From an uncultured Candidatus Actinomarina sp. (GTDB lineage Bacteria; Actinomycetota; Acidimicrobiia; Actinomarinales; Actinomarinaceae), in contig CACMHQ010000003.1 of the NCBI GenBank assembly GCA_902613615.1, positions 61,758-125,757 on the forward strand: DNA of 64,000 bases, written 5' to 3'. Positions 1 through 9,948 of this stretch are shown here, one piece after another (the stretch's first letter is position 1; each line of letters opens with the position of its first letter). The notes beneath the pieces were generated by a model. That model was not told the DNA's origin and did no database searches. It was given only the letters and a program-made list of their open reading frames with translations. The position numbers were made by a program, and so were the translations under genes.

Positions 1-68
1 AAGAAGACTATTTAGATTCAGTAAACAAAGCAACAAAGATCATTCTTGAATCAAGTTTGAAGATATGA
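1..68 (+). CDS. 3' end of an upstream gene (partial)
   Basis: Open frame from base 3 (EDYLDSVNKATKIILESSLKI) ending TGA at 66-68; too short to assign a family. Confidence 0.5.
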   Translation, partial: EDYLDSVNKATKIILESSLKI

Positions 69-75
69 TCTAATT

Positions 76-300
76 ATGGATTCTGGAAATCTAATCGCAT
101 TTTTAAAAAAATTTAGTTTTGGAAGACTAATTGGTTGTGGGATTGTATTGAGAATTGCAGTTGCCCTTGTTGATGGTGTTTTTGGTTTAGAAATAAATGA
201 AATTGAAAACTTTAATATATATTTATTTGTAGTCGCGTTAAGCTACACAGTCTTTTGGATGTTCAATAAAAGCTATTCAGATGAAGAATATGAGGATTGA
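76..300 (+). CDS. small two-TM membrane protein
   Basis: 74 aa, two hydrophobic segments; follows the previous gene by 7 nt; 3' overlap with convergent ribokinase. Confidence 0.6.
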   Translation: MDSGNLIAFLKKFSFGRLIGCGIVLRIAVALVDGVFGLEINEIENFNIYLFVVALSYTVFWMFNKSYSDEEYED

Positions 301-1148
301 GTTCCTCTTTTTGTAACAGACAAACTAGCTTTATCAATTGCCAAATTTATAGCGTCATTAACTTTTAAATCTTTCGTTAGCCCATATACAAAAGAACCAA
401 CAAAAGCATCTCCCGCACCTGTAGTATCAATGGCGTGGACCTTTGGTGCTTTAAATTTTATAATTTCATCATCTTCTACAGCTAAAACACCTTGTTCTCC
501 ACATGTGATAAGTAGATTACATGGAATTGTTTTTGAGAATTCTAATATATTTTCATCTGTCATATTCAATCCACTAATTATTTGAAATTCATTTTCATTT
601 GGAATAAGCCAGTCAATATTTTTAAGAAAGGCACTCTCTAAAATTTTTCCAGGAGCAGGATTAAAAACTGTAATTATATTATTTTGTTTTGCATAATCAA
701 ATACATCATGATTCACATCCATTGGAATTTCAGCTTGTCCGATAAGATAAGATACATTTTCTATTTCTTGAAGTGAGGCTTTTGCTTTATTTGCGTCAAT
801 TTTATTGTTTGCTCCAGGAATAACGATGATTTTATTTTCACCCTTAGCATTTACCCATATTGGAGCAACACCACTTGATACTTTTACTCTTTGAATATGA
901 TCAACATTTACATTGTTCTCAATAAAATTATTGATTGTTGAATCTCCAAAAATATCATTTCCTAAGCAAGAAATCATGTAGACATCAGCACCTAATAGTC
1001 CAGCCATCACTGCTTGATTTGCCCCTTTACCACCAAATCCAGTTTCAAATGAATCACCAATTAAGGTTTCTCCACTTGAAGGGAATTCAGAGATGTAAGA
1101 AAATTGATCTATATTTGAACTTCCAATGACACATATCTTTTTGTTCAT
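273..1148 (-). CDS. rbsK: ribokinase (PfkB family)
   Basis: GSSNIDQ, GGKGANQA, PNENE and DTTGAGDAF motifs. Confidence 0.9.
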   Translation of the reverse strand: MNKKICVIGSSNIDQFSYISEFPSSGETLIGDSFETGFGGKGANQAVMAGLLGADVYMISCLGNDIFGDSTINNFIENNVNVDHIQRVKVSSGVAPIWVNAKGENKIIVIPGANNKIDANKAKASLQEIENVSYLIGQAEIPMDVNHDVFDYAKQNNIITVFNPAPGKILESAFLKNIDWLIPNENEFQIISGLNMTDENILEFSKTIPCNLLITCGEQGVLAVEDDEIIKFKAPKVHAIDTTGAGDAFVGSFVYGLTKDLKVNDAINLAIDKASLSVTKRGTQSSYSSSE

Positions 1149-1155
1149 CGATAAG

Positions 1156-1755
1156 TTACTCGTCTCCCCATGTATCTTCTAAAAAGCCTTTTCTCCCACT
1201 TGCTTCTGCATATATTTTGTATCGAGCACTTTGTTTCTTATAAAAATCTTGATGATATTCTTCCGCAATATAAAAAACAGGTGCTTCTGTAATCGCAGTA
1301 ACAATTGGTTTATCAAATTTGTTCGACTTTTCTAACTCATCTTTAGATCTAAGTGCTTCATCCATTTGTTTAGGTCCCACCGTAAATATTTCGGTTCTGT
1401 ATTGTGATCCAACATCTGCAAATTGATAATTCAATGCCGTTGGGTCAATGTTTCGCCAAAAAACTTCTAGAAGCTCACCGTATGTAATAATATTTGGATC
1501 ATACTCAATCTCAACTACCTCTGCATGGCCAGTATTACCCATACTTACCTGTTCATATGTTGGATTCTCAATCTCTCCACCCATATATCCAGAGGTTGCT
1601 TCTAGTACACCATCAAGGACTTCAAATGGTGGTTCCATGCACCAAAAACATCCACCAGCAAAGTAGGCTTTTTCAGTATTTTGAGTCATATCTGATGTCC
1701 TTAAACTTATGCATGAAAACAATAGTAGTAGAAAAATAAATTTTAAATTTTTCAT
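1156..1755 (-). CDS. msrA: peptide-methionine (S)-S-oxide reductase with N-terminal signal/lipoprotein-like leader
   Basis: FAGGCFWCME, GHAEVVEI, AEEYHQDFY motifs; leader MKNLKFIFLLLLFSC. Confidence 0.93.
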   Translation of the reverse strand: MKNLKFIFLLLLFSCISLRTSDMTQNTEKAYFAGGCFWCMEPPFEVLDGVLEATSGYMGGEIENPTYEQVSMGNTGHAEVVEIEYDPNIITYGELLEVFWRNIDPTALNYQFADVGSQYRTEIFTVGPKQMDEALRSKDELEKSNKFDKPIVTAITEAPVFYIAEEYHQDFYKKQSARYKIYAEASGRKGFLEDTWGDE

Positions 1756-1799
1756 AACTCGTAAGTATAGGAATTTAAAAATTTACACTTATTTGTTTT

Positions 1800-1828
1800 A
1801 AAAAAAGAGCCCACAAGTGGGCTCTTTT
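1800..1828 (-). terminator. intrinsic terminator (possibly bidirectional)
   Basis: On - strand: GAGCCCA-CTTG-TGGGCTC followed by T7; lies just after the stop of 1843..2478. Confidence 0.85.
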
Positions 1829-1842
1829 AAATCATATAAAAT

Positions 1843-2478
1843 TTAATTTGGGCTCTCACCCTCATTAAAATCTATTGATGACGTGAATGCATATACTGGT
1901 CCCATGTATGCTACCGTACTACCATCAAAAAGCTCGGTTTCTGATTCACTGTCTAAAGCAGCTTGTAATTTTTCTACAGCTGCATCCATGTCTTCCTGGC
2001 TATCCCAAAAGTTCCAGCTGATAGCGCTATTTCCATCAAAAATTGCACCAGTCAATTGAAGACCATTTGACTCCTCGTATATTGGTTCAACCTTTTCTTT
2101 TAGAAAATTCAGAACTGCGTCAGTTTCTTTTGCTACACCAACTACAAGTCTCATGTAGCTTGGTTTTGTCTCACCAACAGCAATTGTTTGATACATTTTC
2201 CCATACACTGCTTCACCTTCATAAATGACTGGTGGAGCTGACATAAAGCTAGAAGCTTCAGCAAGTGTTGCTTGGATTTTTTCAGCAACTGCCTCGCTTG
2301 CTTCTTTGCTATCCCAGGCAGCCATATTTATTCCTGAAGTATCTCCAGTTATTGCGGCCGTCAAAGATAAAAGCCCTGGTGTTCCTGAGAATTCAGGCAT
2401 AACCTTTTCTTTAACAAAAGATACAGCCTCATCTTTTTTGTCTTCCTGAAAAGCAGGAATTGTAATTCTAAAGTACAT
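1843..2478 (-). CDS. tandem ABM-like (dimeric alpha/beta barrel) domain protein
   Basis: Two internal repeats (F[VL]KEKVxP...GL...WDSxE); start moved to ATG 2478 because of upstream GAAAGGAAAAT ribosome-binding site. Confidence 0.65.
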   Translation of the reverse strand: MYFRITIPAFQEDKKDEAVSFVKEKVMPEFSGTPGLLSLTAAITGDTSGINMAAWDSKEASEAVAEKIQATLAEASSFMSAPPVIYEGEAVYGKMYQTIAVGETKPSYMRLVVGVAKETDAVLNFLKEKVEPIYEESNGLQLTGAIFDGNSAISWNFWDSQEDMDAAVEKLQAALDSESETELFDGSTVAYMGPVYAFTSSIDFNEGESPN

Positions 2479-2626
2479 ATTTTCCTTTCTTAAGACCAAT
2501 ACTAAGAACTAACTTAATGAGATGTTGAGAAATTTATGAATTTTATGTTAAATCAAATCTGTCTTGTATATAAAAAATAACAGTATATTATTAAATTAAT
2601 CCTTCGACCAAAAGGCGGAGAGAAAT

Positions 2627-3490
2627 ATGAAAATAACAGTACCAAAAATAATTGGATTAAAGAATAGTCGTGTCATATCCATGATGACTGCTTATGATTA
2701 TCCTTCTTCAAAAGCAATATCTGATGCAGAAATAGATATTATTCTCGTAGGAGACTCACTTGCCCAGGTAGTTTTAGGCTATGACGACACTCTATCGGTT
2801 ACCGTTGATGAAATGCTCCATCATGTTAAAGCTGTTACCAGAGCAAATCCAAACCCCCTTGTTGTAGCAGATATGCCTTATATGAGTTATCACGTTTCTG
2901 AAGAAGAGACAATTAAGAACGCAGCAAGATTCATCCAAGAGGGAAAAGCAGATGCCGTAAAAATTGAGGGTGGGAAAAAAAGAGAAAATATGATTAAAGC
3001 ATTAATTAATGCTGAAATTCCTGTAATGGGTCATCTCGGATTAACTCCACAATCTAAAAATGTAATGGGTGGTTATAAAATTCAAGGAAAAACTTTAGAA
3101 CTTGCAAAAGAGTTACTAGAAGATGCAATCCTCCTAGATTCTCTAGGATGCTTTTCTTTTGTTCTAGAGGGAGTTCCAAAGGTAGTTGCTCAAACTATAA
3201 CTGAACAAGTTTCCATTCCTACAATTGGGATAGGTGCCGGGGTACATGTCGATGGACAAGTACTTGTTTATCATGATCTTCTTGGTATGAAATCTAAAGA
3301 GTATATAGATGCCAAATTTGTGAAAAGGTATGACAACCAATATGACAGGGTTGTTGATACGATGAAAAATTTCAAAAAAGACATTGAAAATAAAGAGTTT
3401 CCTACTGATGATCACTCCTATGATTCGGGTGATTCTTTACTAGAAAACCTTGAAGAGTGGAAAAAAGAAGTTAAAAAAATTCTGTCATAA
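2627..3490 (+). CDS. panB: 3-methyl-2-oxobutanoate hydroxymethyltransferase
   Basis: TAYDY, LVGDSL, VKIEGG, GHLGLTPQ, IGIGAG, DGQVLV motifs. Confidence 0.96.
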   Translation: MKITVPKIIGLKNSRVISMMTAYDYPSSKAISDAEIDIILVGDSLAQVVLGYDDTLSVTVDEMLHHVKAVTRANPNPLVVADMPYMSYHVSEEETIKNAARFIQEGKADAVKIEGGKKRENMIKALINAEIPVMGHLGLTPQSKNVMGGYKIQGKTLELAKELLEDAILLDSLGCFSFVLEGVPKVVAQTITEQVSIPTIGIGAGVHVDGQVLVYHDLLGMKSKEYIDAKFVKRYDNQYDRVVDTMKNFKKDIENKEFPTDDHSYDSGDSLLENLEEWKKEVKKILS

Positions 3491-3515
3491 CCCATATCTA
3501 GTATTAAATTAATAA

Positions 3516-3542
3516 GTACCTGCTTCGTAAGAAGCCACGTAC
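3516..3542 (+). promoter_or_regulatory. hairpin in rpsF leader (possible S6:S18 autoregulatory leader)
   Basis: GCTTC-GTAA-GAAGC stem-loop extendable by flanking GTAC/GTAC, about 20 nt before the rpsF start. Confidence 0.35.
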
Positions 3543-3561
3543 AAGTGTCCATAGGAGATAT

Positions 3562-3849
3562 ATGAGTAAATATGATTTAGTCTCAATTGTGAGACCGACC
3601 GCTGAAGACAGCGTTGTTGAAGAACTACACAAAACTATAACTGATTTAATTACCACTAATGGTGGTAACGTATCAGATCAAGGAGTTTGGCAAAAAAGAA
3701 AACTTGCTTATCAAATTGATACTTTCAATGAAGGTATTTATACAATTACTTCATTTGAAGGCCCTGGAAATATTCCTGGAGAGTTAGATAGAGTGCTAAA
3801 AATATCTGATGATGTTATTAGACACAAAGTGTTAAAGATGGAAAGCTAG
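3562..3849 (+). CDS. rpsF: 30S ribosomal protein S6
   Basis: KRKLAYQI...GIY and VIRHKVLK; AGGAGA RBS; canonical operon. Confidence 0.95.
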   Translation: MSKYDLVSIVRPTAEDSVVEELHKTITDLITTNGGNVSDQGVWQKRKLAYQIDTFNEGIYTITSFEGPGNIPGELDRVLKISDDVIRHKVLKMES

Positions 3850-3859
3850 AGGTAGAGAA

Positions 3860-4285
3860 ATGGTAGATAACACAGTAACAATAATTGGAAATTTAACAGC
3901 TGATCCAGAAGTAAGAGTCACAGACTCTGGTGCAACATTAGCTGAGATAAGAATTGCGCAAAACAAAAGAAAAAGAAACAATGACGGATCTTGGGACGAA
4001 GGTGAGCCAATGTTCTTCCAGGGAACAGTTTGGAACGATATGGCAGAAAATGCATCTTCAACATTACAAAAAGGAATGAGAGTAATCGTTGTTGGTAGAT
4101 TAAATTACAGATCTTGGGAGACACAAGACGGACAAAACAGATCAGTGGTGGATATAGCTATCGATGAAATTGCACCTAGTTTGAGATGGGCAAGAGCAAA
4201 TGTTGAGAGAACATCAGGTGGAGGGAGCGTATCAGAAGCACCTAAAGCAAGAGATGATTTCGAAGAGAACGAAGCTCCGTTTTAA
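3860..4285 (+). CDS. ssb: single-stranded DNA-binding protein
   Basis: IIGNLTADPE OB fold, IAPSLRWA actinobacterial motif, acidic C-terminal APF. Confidence 0.96.
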   Translation: MVDNTVTIIGNLTADPEVRVTDSGATLAEIRIAQNKRKRNNDGSWDEGEPMFFQGTVWNDMAENASSTLQKGMRVIVVGRLNYRSWETQDGQNRSVVDIAIDEIAPSLRWARANVERTSGGGSVSEAPKARDDFEENEAPF

Positions 4286-4293
4286 GGTATATC

Positions 4294-4578
4294 ATGGGTA
4301 AATCAAACAACAGATCAAGTAAGCCAAAGTTATCAAAATATGAAGCTCCAAAACAAAGGAGAATTACAAAAGAGCAGATAGAAAATGCAACATATAAAGA
4401 TGTAAAACTTTTAGAAAAATTTCTATCTGATAGAGGAAAAATCAGATCCAGCTTAATTACAGGGATAACTAAACAAGAACAAGCAAAAATTGCCAGACTT
4501 GTAAAAATTGGAAGAGAGTTAGCTCTTTTGCCTTATGTAACGACAAGTTCTTATAAACAATCCTACAACAGAAGATGA
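4294..4578 (+). CDS. rpsR: 30S ribosomal protein S18 (cysteine-free form)
   Basis: YKDVKLLEKFLSDRGKI...RELALLPY; operon position. Confidence 0.93.
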   Translation: MGKSNNRSSKPKLSKYEAPKQRRITKEQIENATYKDVKLLEKFLSDRGKIRSSLITGITKQEQAKIARLVKIGRELALLPYVTTSSYKQSYNRR

Positions 4579-5021
4579 AAGTAATTTTAAATCAAGATAT
4601 CAAGAAACTTGGTAAAAAAGGAGACGTTGTCCAGGTTGCTAAAGGTTATGCAAGAAATTATCTACTTCCTAAGAACTTAGGTATAAAAGCTACTCCAAAA
4701 AATATTTTACTTGCGGAAAAAATGCAAGAAAAGAGACAAGCCTCTATTGAAGAAAATATTGAGTTAGCAAATTCTATCAAAGAAGGACTTGCCGATGCAA
4801 AAATTGTAATTGCCGCAAATTCAACTGACGAAGGAACACTTTATGCTGCAATTTCAAATGATTCAATAATCGAAGCAATTGAAAAATTTTCAGGGTATAA
4901 AATTGAAGAAGATCAAATAGCTGAAAACTCAATTAAAGAAATAGGTTTACACAACATTGCTATCAATCTAAGTGGAGATGTTTCATTTGAAGTAACTCTA
5001 GAAATTGTTCCGGAGACATAA
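4575..5021 (+). CDS. rplI: 50S ribosomal protein L9
   Basis: MKVIL...LGKKGDVVQVAKGYARNYLLP. Confidence 0.96.
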   Translation: MKVILNQDIKKLGKKGDVVQVAKGYARNYLLPKNLGIKATPKNILLAEKMQEKRQASIEENIELANSIKEGLADAKIVIAANSTDEGTLYAAISNDSIIEAIEKFSGYKIEEDQIAENSIKEIGLHNIAINLSGDVSFEVTLEIVPET

Positions 5022-5023
5022 AT

Positions 5024-6382
5024 ATGGCTGGACCGGAAGCAGTATCAAATAGAGATTTAGACGGTCTTCAAAAAGCACCTCCAAATAGTATTGAGGCTGA
5101 AGAGGCACTATTGGGAAGTGCACTTTTATCTCGAGATGCTGCAAATAGATTGATGGAATCAGTTAAATCATCAGATTTTTATAGTCCTACAAATCAAACA
5201 ATTTTTGAGGCAATGAAAGACTTGTTTGATTCAGGAAAACCAATTGATAGCGTTACTGTTTCAGAGACTGTTTTTAAAGATAATAAAAATACTACAAGTT
5301 TAAAAACTTCATCTATTGCAAGATTGATAGAAAATGTACCTAGTTCAGCAAACTTTGAGAGATACATTGAAATTGTTCTCGAACATTCAAACAGAAGAAA
5401 ACTACTCAAAGCTAGTGGAAGGATCGAGCTTTTAGCTTATGCCCTTGATAAGGATATATCGAATGTTATGGATGAGGCTGAGCAGTCAATATTTACTGCC
5501 TCAGATGATGCTATTGGAGAGGGACTTATTGGGGTATCAGATGTATTAAATGATGCAATTGAGAGAATTGAAGAAATTGAAAATAGGGGTACTGGTCTTT
5601 CAGGTTTAGCAACAAATTTTGCAGATCTTGACTCAGTACTTGCTGGGCTCCAAGAAGGAAACCTTGTTGTAATCGCTGCAAGACCAAGTATGGGTAAATC
5701 ATCGCTTGCATTAAATATTGCGACAAATGTTTCTAAAGAAGACAAAGTCACAGCTTTCTTTTCACTTGAAATGACAAAAGAAGAACTAGTTCAAAGAGTA
5801 TTATTTTCTGAAGCAAAGGTTACTTCAGGAGATGCAAGAAAAGGTCAACTTGGTCCTGAAAAGTGGTCTCGTGTTGTTGAAGCAGCTTCAAAAGTAAACA
5901 ATATGCCTCTATATTTCGATGATGCTTCTGTAATCACAGTCACAGACATTAGAGCAAAATCTAGAAGGCTTAAATCCTCAAAAGGTCTGGATCTTATTGT
6001 TGTAGACTATCTTCAATTAATGCAGGGTATGTCTGGAGACAACAGACAACAAGAAATTGCGGAAATAAGTAGAAACTTAAAGAATCTTGCCCGTGAGTTA
6101 AAAGTTCCAATCATTGCTTTATCACAGTTAAATCGTGCCGCGGAAGCAAGAGAAGATAAAAGACCACGATTAGGTGATCTTCGAGAATCAGGAGCTATTG
6201 AACAAGATGCTGATATTGTGATGATGCTTTATAGAGATGATTATTACAATCCAGCTACAGAAACCCCAGGTGTCGCCGAAGTTAATATTGTAAAACATAG
6301 ATCTGGATCAACAGGAAAAGTAGACCTTTACTTTAGTAAGGAATATACACAGTTTTCTAATTATTCAAGACAACAAGATTAG
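5024..6382 (+). CDS. dnaB: replicative DNA helicase
   Basis: AARPSMGKS Walker A, VVDYLQLM, SQLNR, DLRESGAIEQDAD; no intein. Confidence 0.97.
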   Translation: MAGPEAVSNRDLDGLQKAPPNSIEAEEALLGSALLSRDAANRLMESVKSSDFYSPTNQTIFEAMKDLFDSGKPIDSVTVSETVFKDNKNTTSLKTSSIARLIENVPSSANFERYIEIVLEHSNRRKLLKASGRIELLAYALDKDISNVMDEAEQSIFTASDDAIGEGLIGVSDVLNDAIERIEEIENRGTGLSGLATNFADLDSVLAGLQEGNLVVIAARPSMGKSSLALNIATNVSKEDKVTAFFSLEMTKEELVQRVLFSEAKVTSGDARKGQLGPEKWSRVVEAASKVNNMPLYFDDASVITVTDIRAKSRRLKSSKGLDLIVVDYLQLMQGMSGDNRQQEIAEISRNLKNLARELKVPIIALSQLNRAAEAREDKRPRLGDLRESGAIEQDADIVMMLYRDDYYNPATETPGVAEVNIVKHRSGSTGKVDLYFSKEYTQFSNYSRQQD

Positions 6383-7224
6383 TGAATAAAACTTTTGGAG
6401 CTTACGCTGCAATAACAGTTTTAGCTATTTCCTGGGGAACCATACCCATAATTATCAAAACCACTGATATAAGTCCATTAAGTCTTGTGGGAATAAGAAC
6501 ATTTATCGGCTCTATTTTTCTTTCATTATTCTTTATCAATAAAAAAGTAAACTTTAAAGCATTAATTAAGCCGGGATTAATTTTAGGACCTTTGTTAGCG
6601 ATCCACTGGGCAACAATGTTTGAATCTATAGATAGAAATAGCGTAGCCATTGGAATAGGTTTAGTTTTTTCTTATCCTATTTTTGTTCTAATTATTGAAA
6701 GAATTCGTGGAAAAAAATTAACAATAATTCAAATTTTAATTATTTTAATTGGATTTAGTGGCTTGATAATTTTGCTAGAGGTTAGATCTATCAATTCGAT
6801 AAGTGGATTAATTTTTGGGATTTTAAGTGCAATAAGTTTATCTTTTTTGATAACTATTGGCGAATATTATACATCTGAATTTGGTGGTTTAAATATTGCA
6901 TTTGCACAATTGATTTCTGCAGGATTCGTAATGCTTTATTTTACTACTCAAGGCTTTGGATGGATGATAGAGAATATAGGCATAAGTCTTTTTCTTGGAA
7001 TTTTTTTAACAGCCATAGGTTTAACAACATATTGGTATGTAGTAAAAATTATCAAACCTTTATCCGTAAGTACCATAACTTATTTAGAGCCAACTTCTGG
7101 AGTTATTTTAGGGATTATTTTATTAGATGAAATAATATCTCTAAGCCAGTTAATAGGTTTTGTTCTTATTATTTTTGTCGGGATATCACAAGTGATTTAT
7201 GATTCAAGGATTAAATCTGATTAA
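6382..7224 (+). CDS. DMT/EamA family transporter
   Basis: About 10 TM segments in two EamA repeats; ISWG and YLEP motifs. Confidence 0.85.
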   Translation: MNKTFGAYAAITVLAISWGTIPIIIKTTDISPLSLVGIRTFIGSIFLSLFFINKKVNFKALIKPGLILGPLLAIHWATMFESIDRNSVAIGIGLVFSYPIFVLIIERIRGKKLTIIQILIILIGFSGLIILLEVRSINSISGLIFGILSAISLSFLITIGEYYTSEFGGLNIAFAQLISAGFVMLYFTTQGFGWMIENIGISLFLGIFLTAIGLTTYWYVVKIIKPLSVSTITYLEPTSGVILGIILLDEIISLSQLIGFVLIIFVGISQVIYDSRIKSD

Positions 7225-7576
7225 TCATAAAAGTGTGATTTTCTAAGAATTTAATTAGATTCCATTCTGAATTATTTTCCTTCAAGAACTGTAAAAAAGT
7301 CTCACTTTTTAGAAACAATGGATAGGTAAGTTTTTTATAGTTTTCTCTATTCAGATGTTCAACAATTTTTCCATCTGAAATTTTTTTGATTGCACTGCCT
7401 AATTCATTTGCAGTTACGACACAATCAAAATTTTCAAGAACCTCATCTTCAACTGTTAAATCACTACTGTTTTTAAAGTTAACAAGCTTTAAGCATTGAT
7501 TTTCAACTATTCCAAGTTCCTCAATATCTTTAGAAGAAAACAATTTTTTATCAACAATAATTTCTAATATTTCCAT
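7211..7576 (-). CDS. hypothetical protein resembling the IspD beta-arm region (degenerate)
   Basis: SAIKKISDGKIVEHLNRENYKKLTYPLF resembles IspD DTIKxVxDGxIxxTLDRxxLxxxQTPQxF; start ATG 7576 preferred over TTG 7618. Confidence 0.45.
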   Translation of the reverse strand: MEILEIIVDKKLFSSKDIEELGIVENQCLKLVNFKNSSDLTVEDEVLENFDCVVTANELGSAIKKISDGKIVEHLNRENYKKLTYPLFLKSETFLQFLKENNSEWNLIKFLENHTFMINQI

Positions 7577-7646
7577 TAATACAAAGATACAATCTTTAAC
7601 AACTAAGAAGTATTGCAATATAAAAATATTTCACTAACTTTACTCT

Positions 7647-9260
7647 ATGGACACTTACAAAGGATCAGGAGTTTCTCCCGGTATTGGTCTTGGTAAATTT
7701 TACGTTATAAATAATGAAATAGATTTTTCAATTCCTAAAAAGCTCAGTTTTAAAGAAAGTCAAAACAAATTAGATATGCGATATGAACAGCTAATTAGTG
7801 AACTAGAAAAAGAAAACAGAGAAGATGAATCAAAAGTTTTAGATGCATATCGTCTTCTTATAAATGACCCTGAGATAGTTGAAATGGTCGATGAAGACCA
7901 GAATCTTATAGAGGTTTTTCAAGTTTTTAAAGACACCTCAGATCAAATGCTTAGTTTTGAAGATGAGTATTTTAAACAAAGAGCCGAAGACATAATTTCT
8001 ATAGGTAAAGAAATTATTTTTACAATGCAGGATATTTTTATAGATAAAAATTTAACTGAGGATGTAATCATTTTTGCTGATGATTTAACACCAAATGATA
8101 CTTCATCCATAGACCTTACAAAAGTAAAGGGTTTCGTTGTATCAAATGCAGGACCTACATCTCATGCTGTAATTGTTGCTAAAAATTTAGGAATACCCTG
8201 TGTGATAAATTTTGATATTTCAAAAATCGATACGGACTTTGATAAAAGTGTTGTATTAGATGGAGATACAGGAGAAATTTTCTTAGATCCAACATCGGAT
8301 GTTCTCAAAAAAGTCGAAGAAGGTTTGAATAAAAAAAATAAATTAAGAGAGTCATATAATCAAGATTCAATCAAAGACTTAGGTATTGAACTTAGAGCAA
8401 ATATAGGTAGCAGTGAAGAGATAAATGCTTTTAATGATGACCATATTAAATCAGTCGGCCTATTTAGATCTGAATTTGTCTATATTGATAGATCCTCAAA
8501 ACCTACATTAAAAGAACAAATAGAAATTAATAATGAATTAAATACAAAATTTTCTAACACTATAGTTTTTAGAACTTTAGATATAGGTGGCGACAAACAA
8601 GTTCCATATTTAAATTTACCTAAAGAAGAAAACCCATTTCTTGGGGTAAGAGGAATAAGATATTCTTTAGATGAAAAAGATCTTTTTACAGAACAAATAA
8701 TTTCAATTCTTAGTTCAGATCTGATAGAAAAAGTAAAAATAATGTTTCCAATGGTTTCTATTCTTGATGATTTTTTGGATGCTAAAAAAATAGTCACAGA
8801 TGAATCTAAAAAATTAAATCTTAACCCACCTCCTTTAGGGATAATGGTTGAAACACCCTCTGTTGCATTAAATACTGATCAATACATTCAACATGTTGAT
8901 TTCTTTTCAATAGGAACTAATGACTTAATTCAATACACATATGCAGCTGATCGGGGTCTTTCCACACTAAATAAATATCAAGACCCTCTTGATGTGTCTG
9001 TACTTAGATTAATTAGTAATGTAATCGATACTGGACTTAAGAATGATATCGAAGTCTCTGTATGTGGAGATATGGCTTCGGATAAAGACTCATCAATTAT
9101 TTTATACTTACTTGGACTTAGAGTATTTAGTATTGCTCCATCTCAAGGACCAAATATAATCAGTTCACTTATTCATGCAAAAGAAAATTTATCCCATATA
9201 GAAAAAGAAGAAATTCTTTCTTCAACAGATTCTCAAAGTTTAAGAAAACTCATATCATAA
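7647..9260 (+). CDS. ptsI: PTS enzyme I (PEP-protein phosphotransferase)
   Basis: GPTSHAVIVAK phospho-His, GLFRSEF, ENPFLGVRGIR, GIMVETPS, FSIGTNDL, VCGDMA. Confidence 0.95.
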   Translation: MDTYKGSGVSPGIGLGKFYVINNEIDFSIPKKLSFKESQNKLDMRYEQLISELEKENREDESKVLDAYRLLINDPEIVEMVDEDQNLIEVFQVFKDTSDQMLSFEDEYFKQRAEDIISIGKEIIFTMQDIFIDKNLTEDVIIFADDLTPNDTSSIDLTKVKGFVVSNAGPTSHAVIVAKNLGIPCVINFDISKIDTDFDKSVVLDGDTGEIFLDPTSDVLKKVEEGLNKKNKLRESYNQDSIKDLGIELRANIGSSEEINAFNDDHIKSVGLFRSEFVYIDRSSKPTLKEQIEINNELNTKFSNTIVFRTLDIGGDKQVPYLNLPKEENPFLGVRGIRYSLDEKDLFTEQIISILSSDLIEKVKIMFPMVSILDDFLDAKKIVTDESKKLNLNPPPLGIMVETPSVALNTDQYIQHVDFFSIGTNDLIQYTYAADRGLSTLNKYQDPLDVSVLRLISNVIDTGLKNDIEVSVCGDMASDKDSSIILYLLGLRVFSIAPSQGPNIISSLIHAKENLSHIEKEEILSSTDSQSLRKLIS

Positions 9261-9267
9261 AAATATA

Positions 9268-9948
9268 TTGAAAGTTTTTGGAATACTGCTTGCAGCTGGC
9301 TTAAGTGAAAGATTTGAGTCAGATAAACTATTTGCTTTTTACAAAGATAAAGAGCTTATTAGATACCCACTCGAAACTTTTTTAAACTGTGACGACATTG
9401 ACTCAATAGTTATTGTTTGTAATGAAACCAATATAGAAAAAACAAAAGAAATTCTAAATTCATATGTAATTGATAAGAAATTTGAATTAATTCTGGGAGG
9501 CAAAACAAGACAAGAAAGTGAGATTTTTGCTCTAAATACTTTAAAATTAATGGACGTAGATAATAATGATTTAGTTGCAATTCATGATTGTGCAAGATCT
9601 TTTCTACCAGAAGACTTATTGAAGGAACTAATTACAGAAGCAAAAACACATGGATCTTGCTCTCCTTACATAGAGACCAGCCTTTACAGTAAAACATCGA
9701 AAAAGCTTTTAAAAGATAATCTTGTTGAAATTCAAACTCCCCAAATATTTGAGTATGAAATTTTAGAAAAGGCCTACCTTATTAATGTTGAAGATGAAAT
9801 GATTTCACATGATACAACTCAACAAGTTTCAAAAAATTTGAATATTGAATCAAAAGTTATTTTAGGTTCTGACCTCAATCTGAAAATAACATACAAAGAA
9901 GATTTAGAAACTATTAAATTAAAACTAGAAGAGTATGGAAATAAATGA
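9268..9948 (+). CDS. IspD/TarI family cytidylyltransferase
   Basis: LLAAGLSERF, GGKTRQES, IHDCAR, QTPQIF, NLKITYKEDL; TTG start. Confidence 0.85.
   Translation: MKVFGILLAAGLSERFESDKLFAFYKDKELIRYPLETFLNCDDIDSIVIVCNETNIEKTKEILNSYVIDKKFELILGGKTRQESEIFALNTLKLMDVDNNDLVAIHDCARSFLPEDLLKELITEAKTHGSCSPYIETSLYSKTSKKLLKDNLVEIQTPQIFEYEILEKAYLINVEDEMISHDTTQQVSKNLNIESKVILGSDLNLKITYKEDLETIKLKLEEYGNK

Noticed and set aside
2600-2622. Possible regulatory hairpin covering the panB RBS
   Set aside because: Short, bulged and weak; cannot be distinguished from chance.
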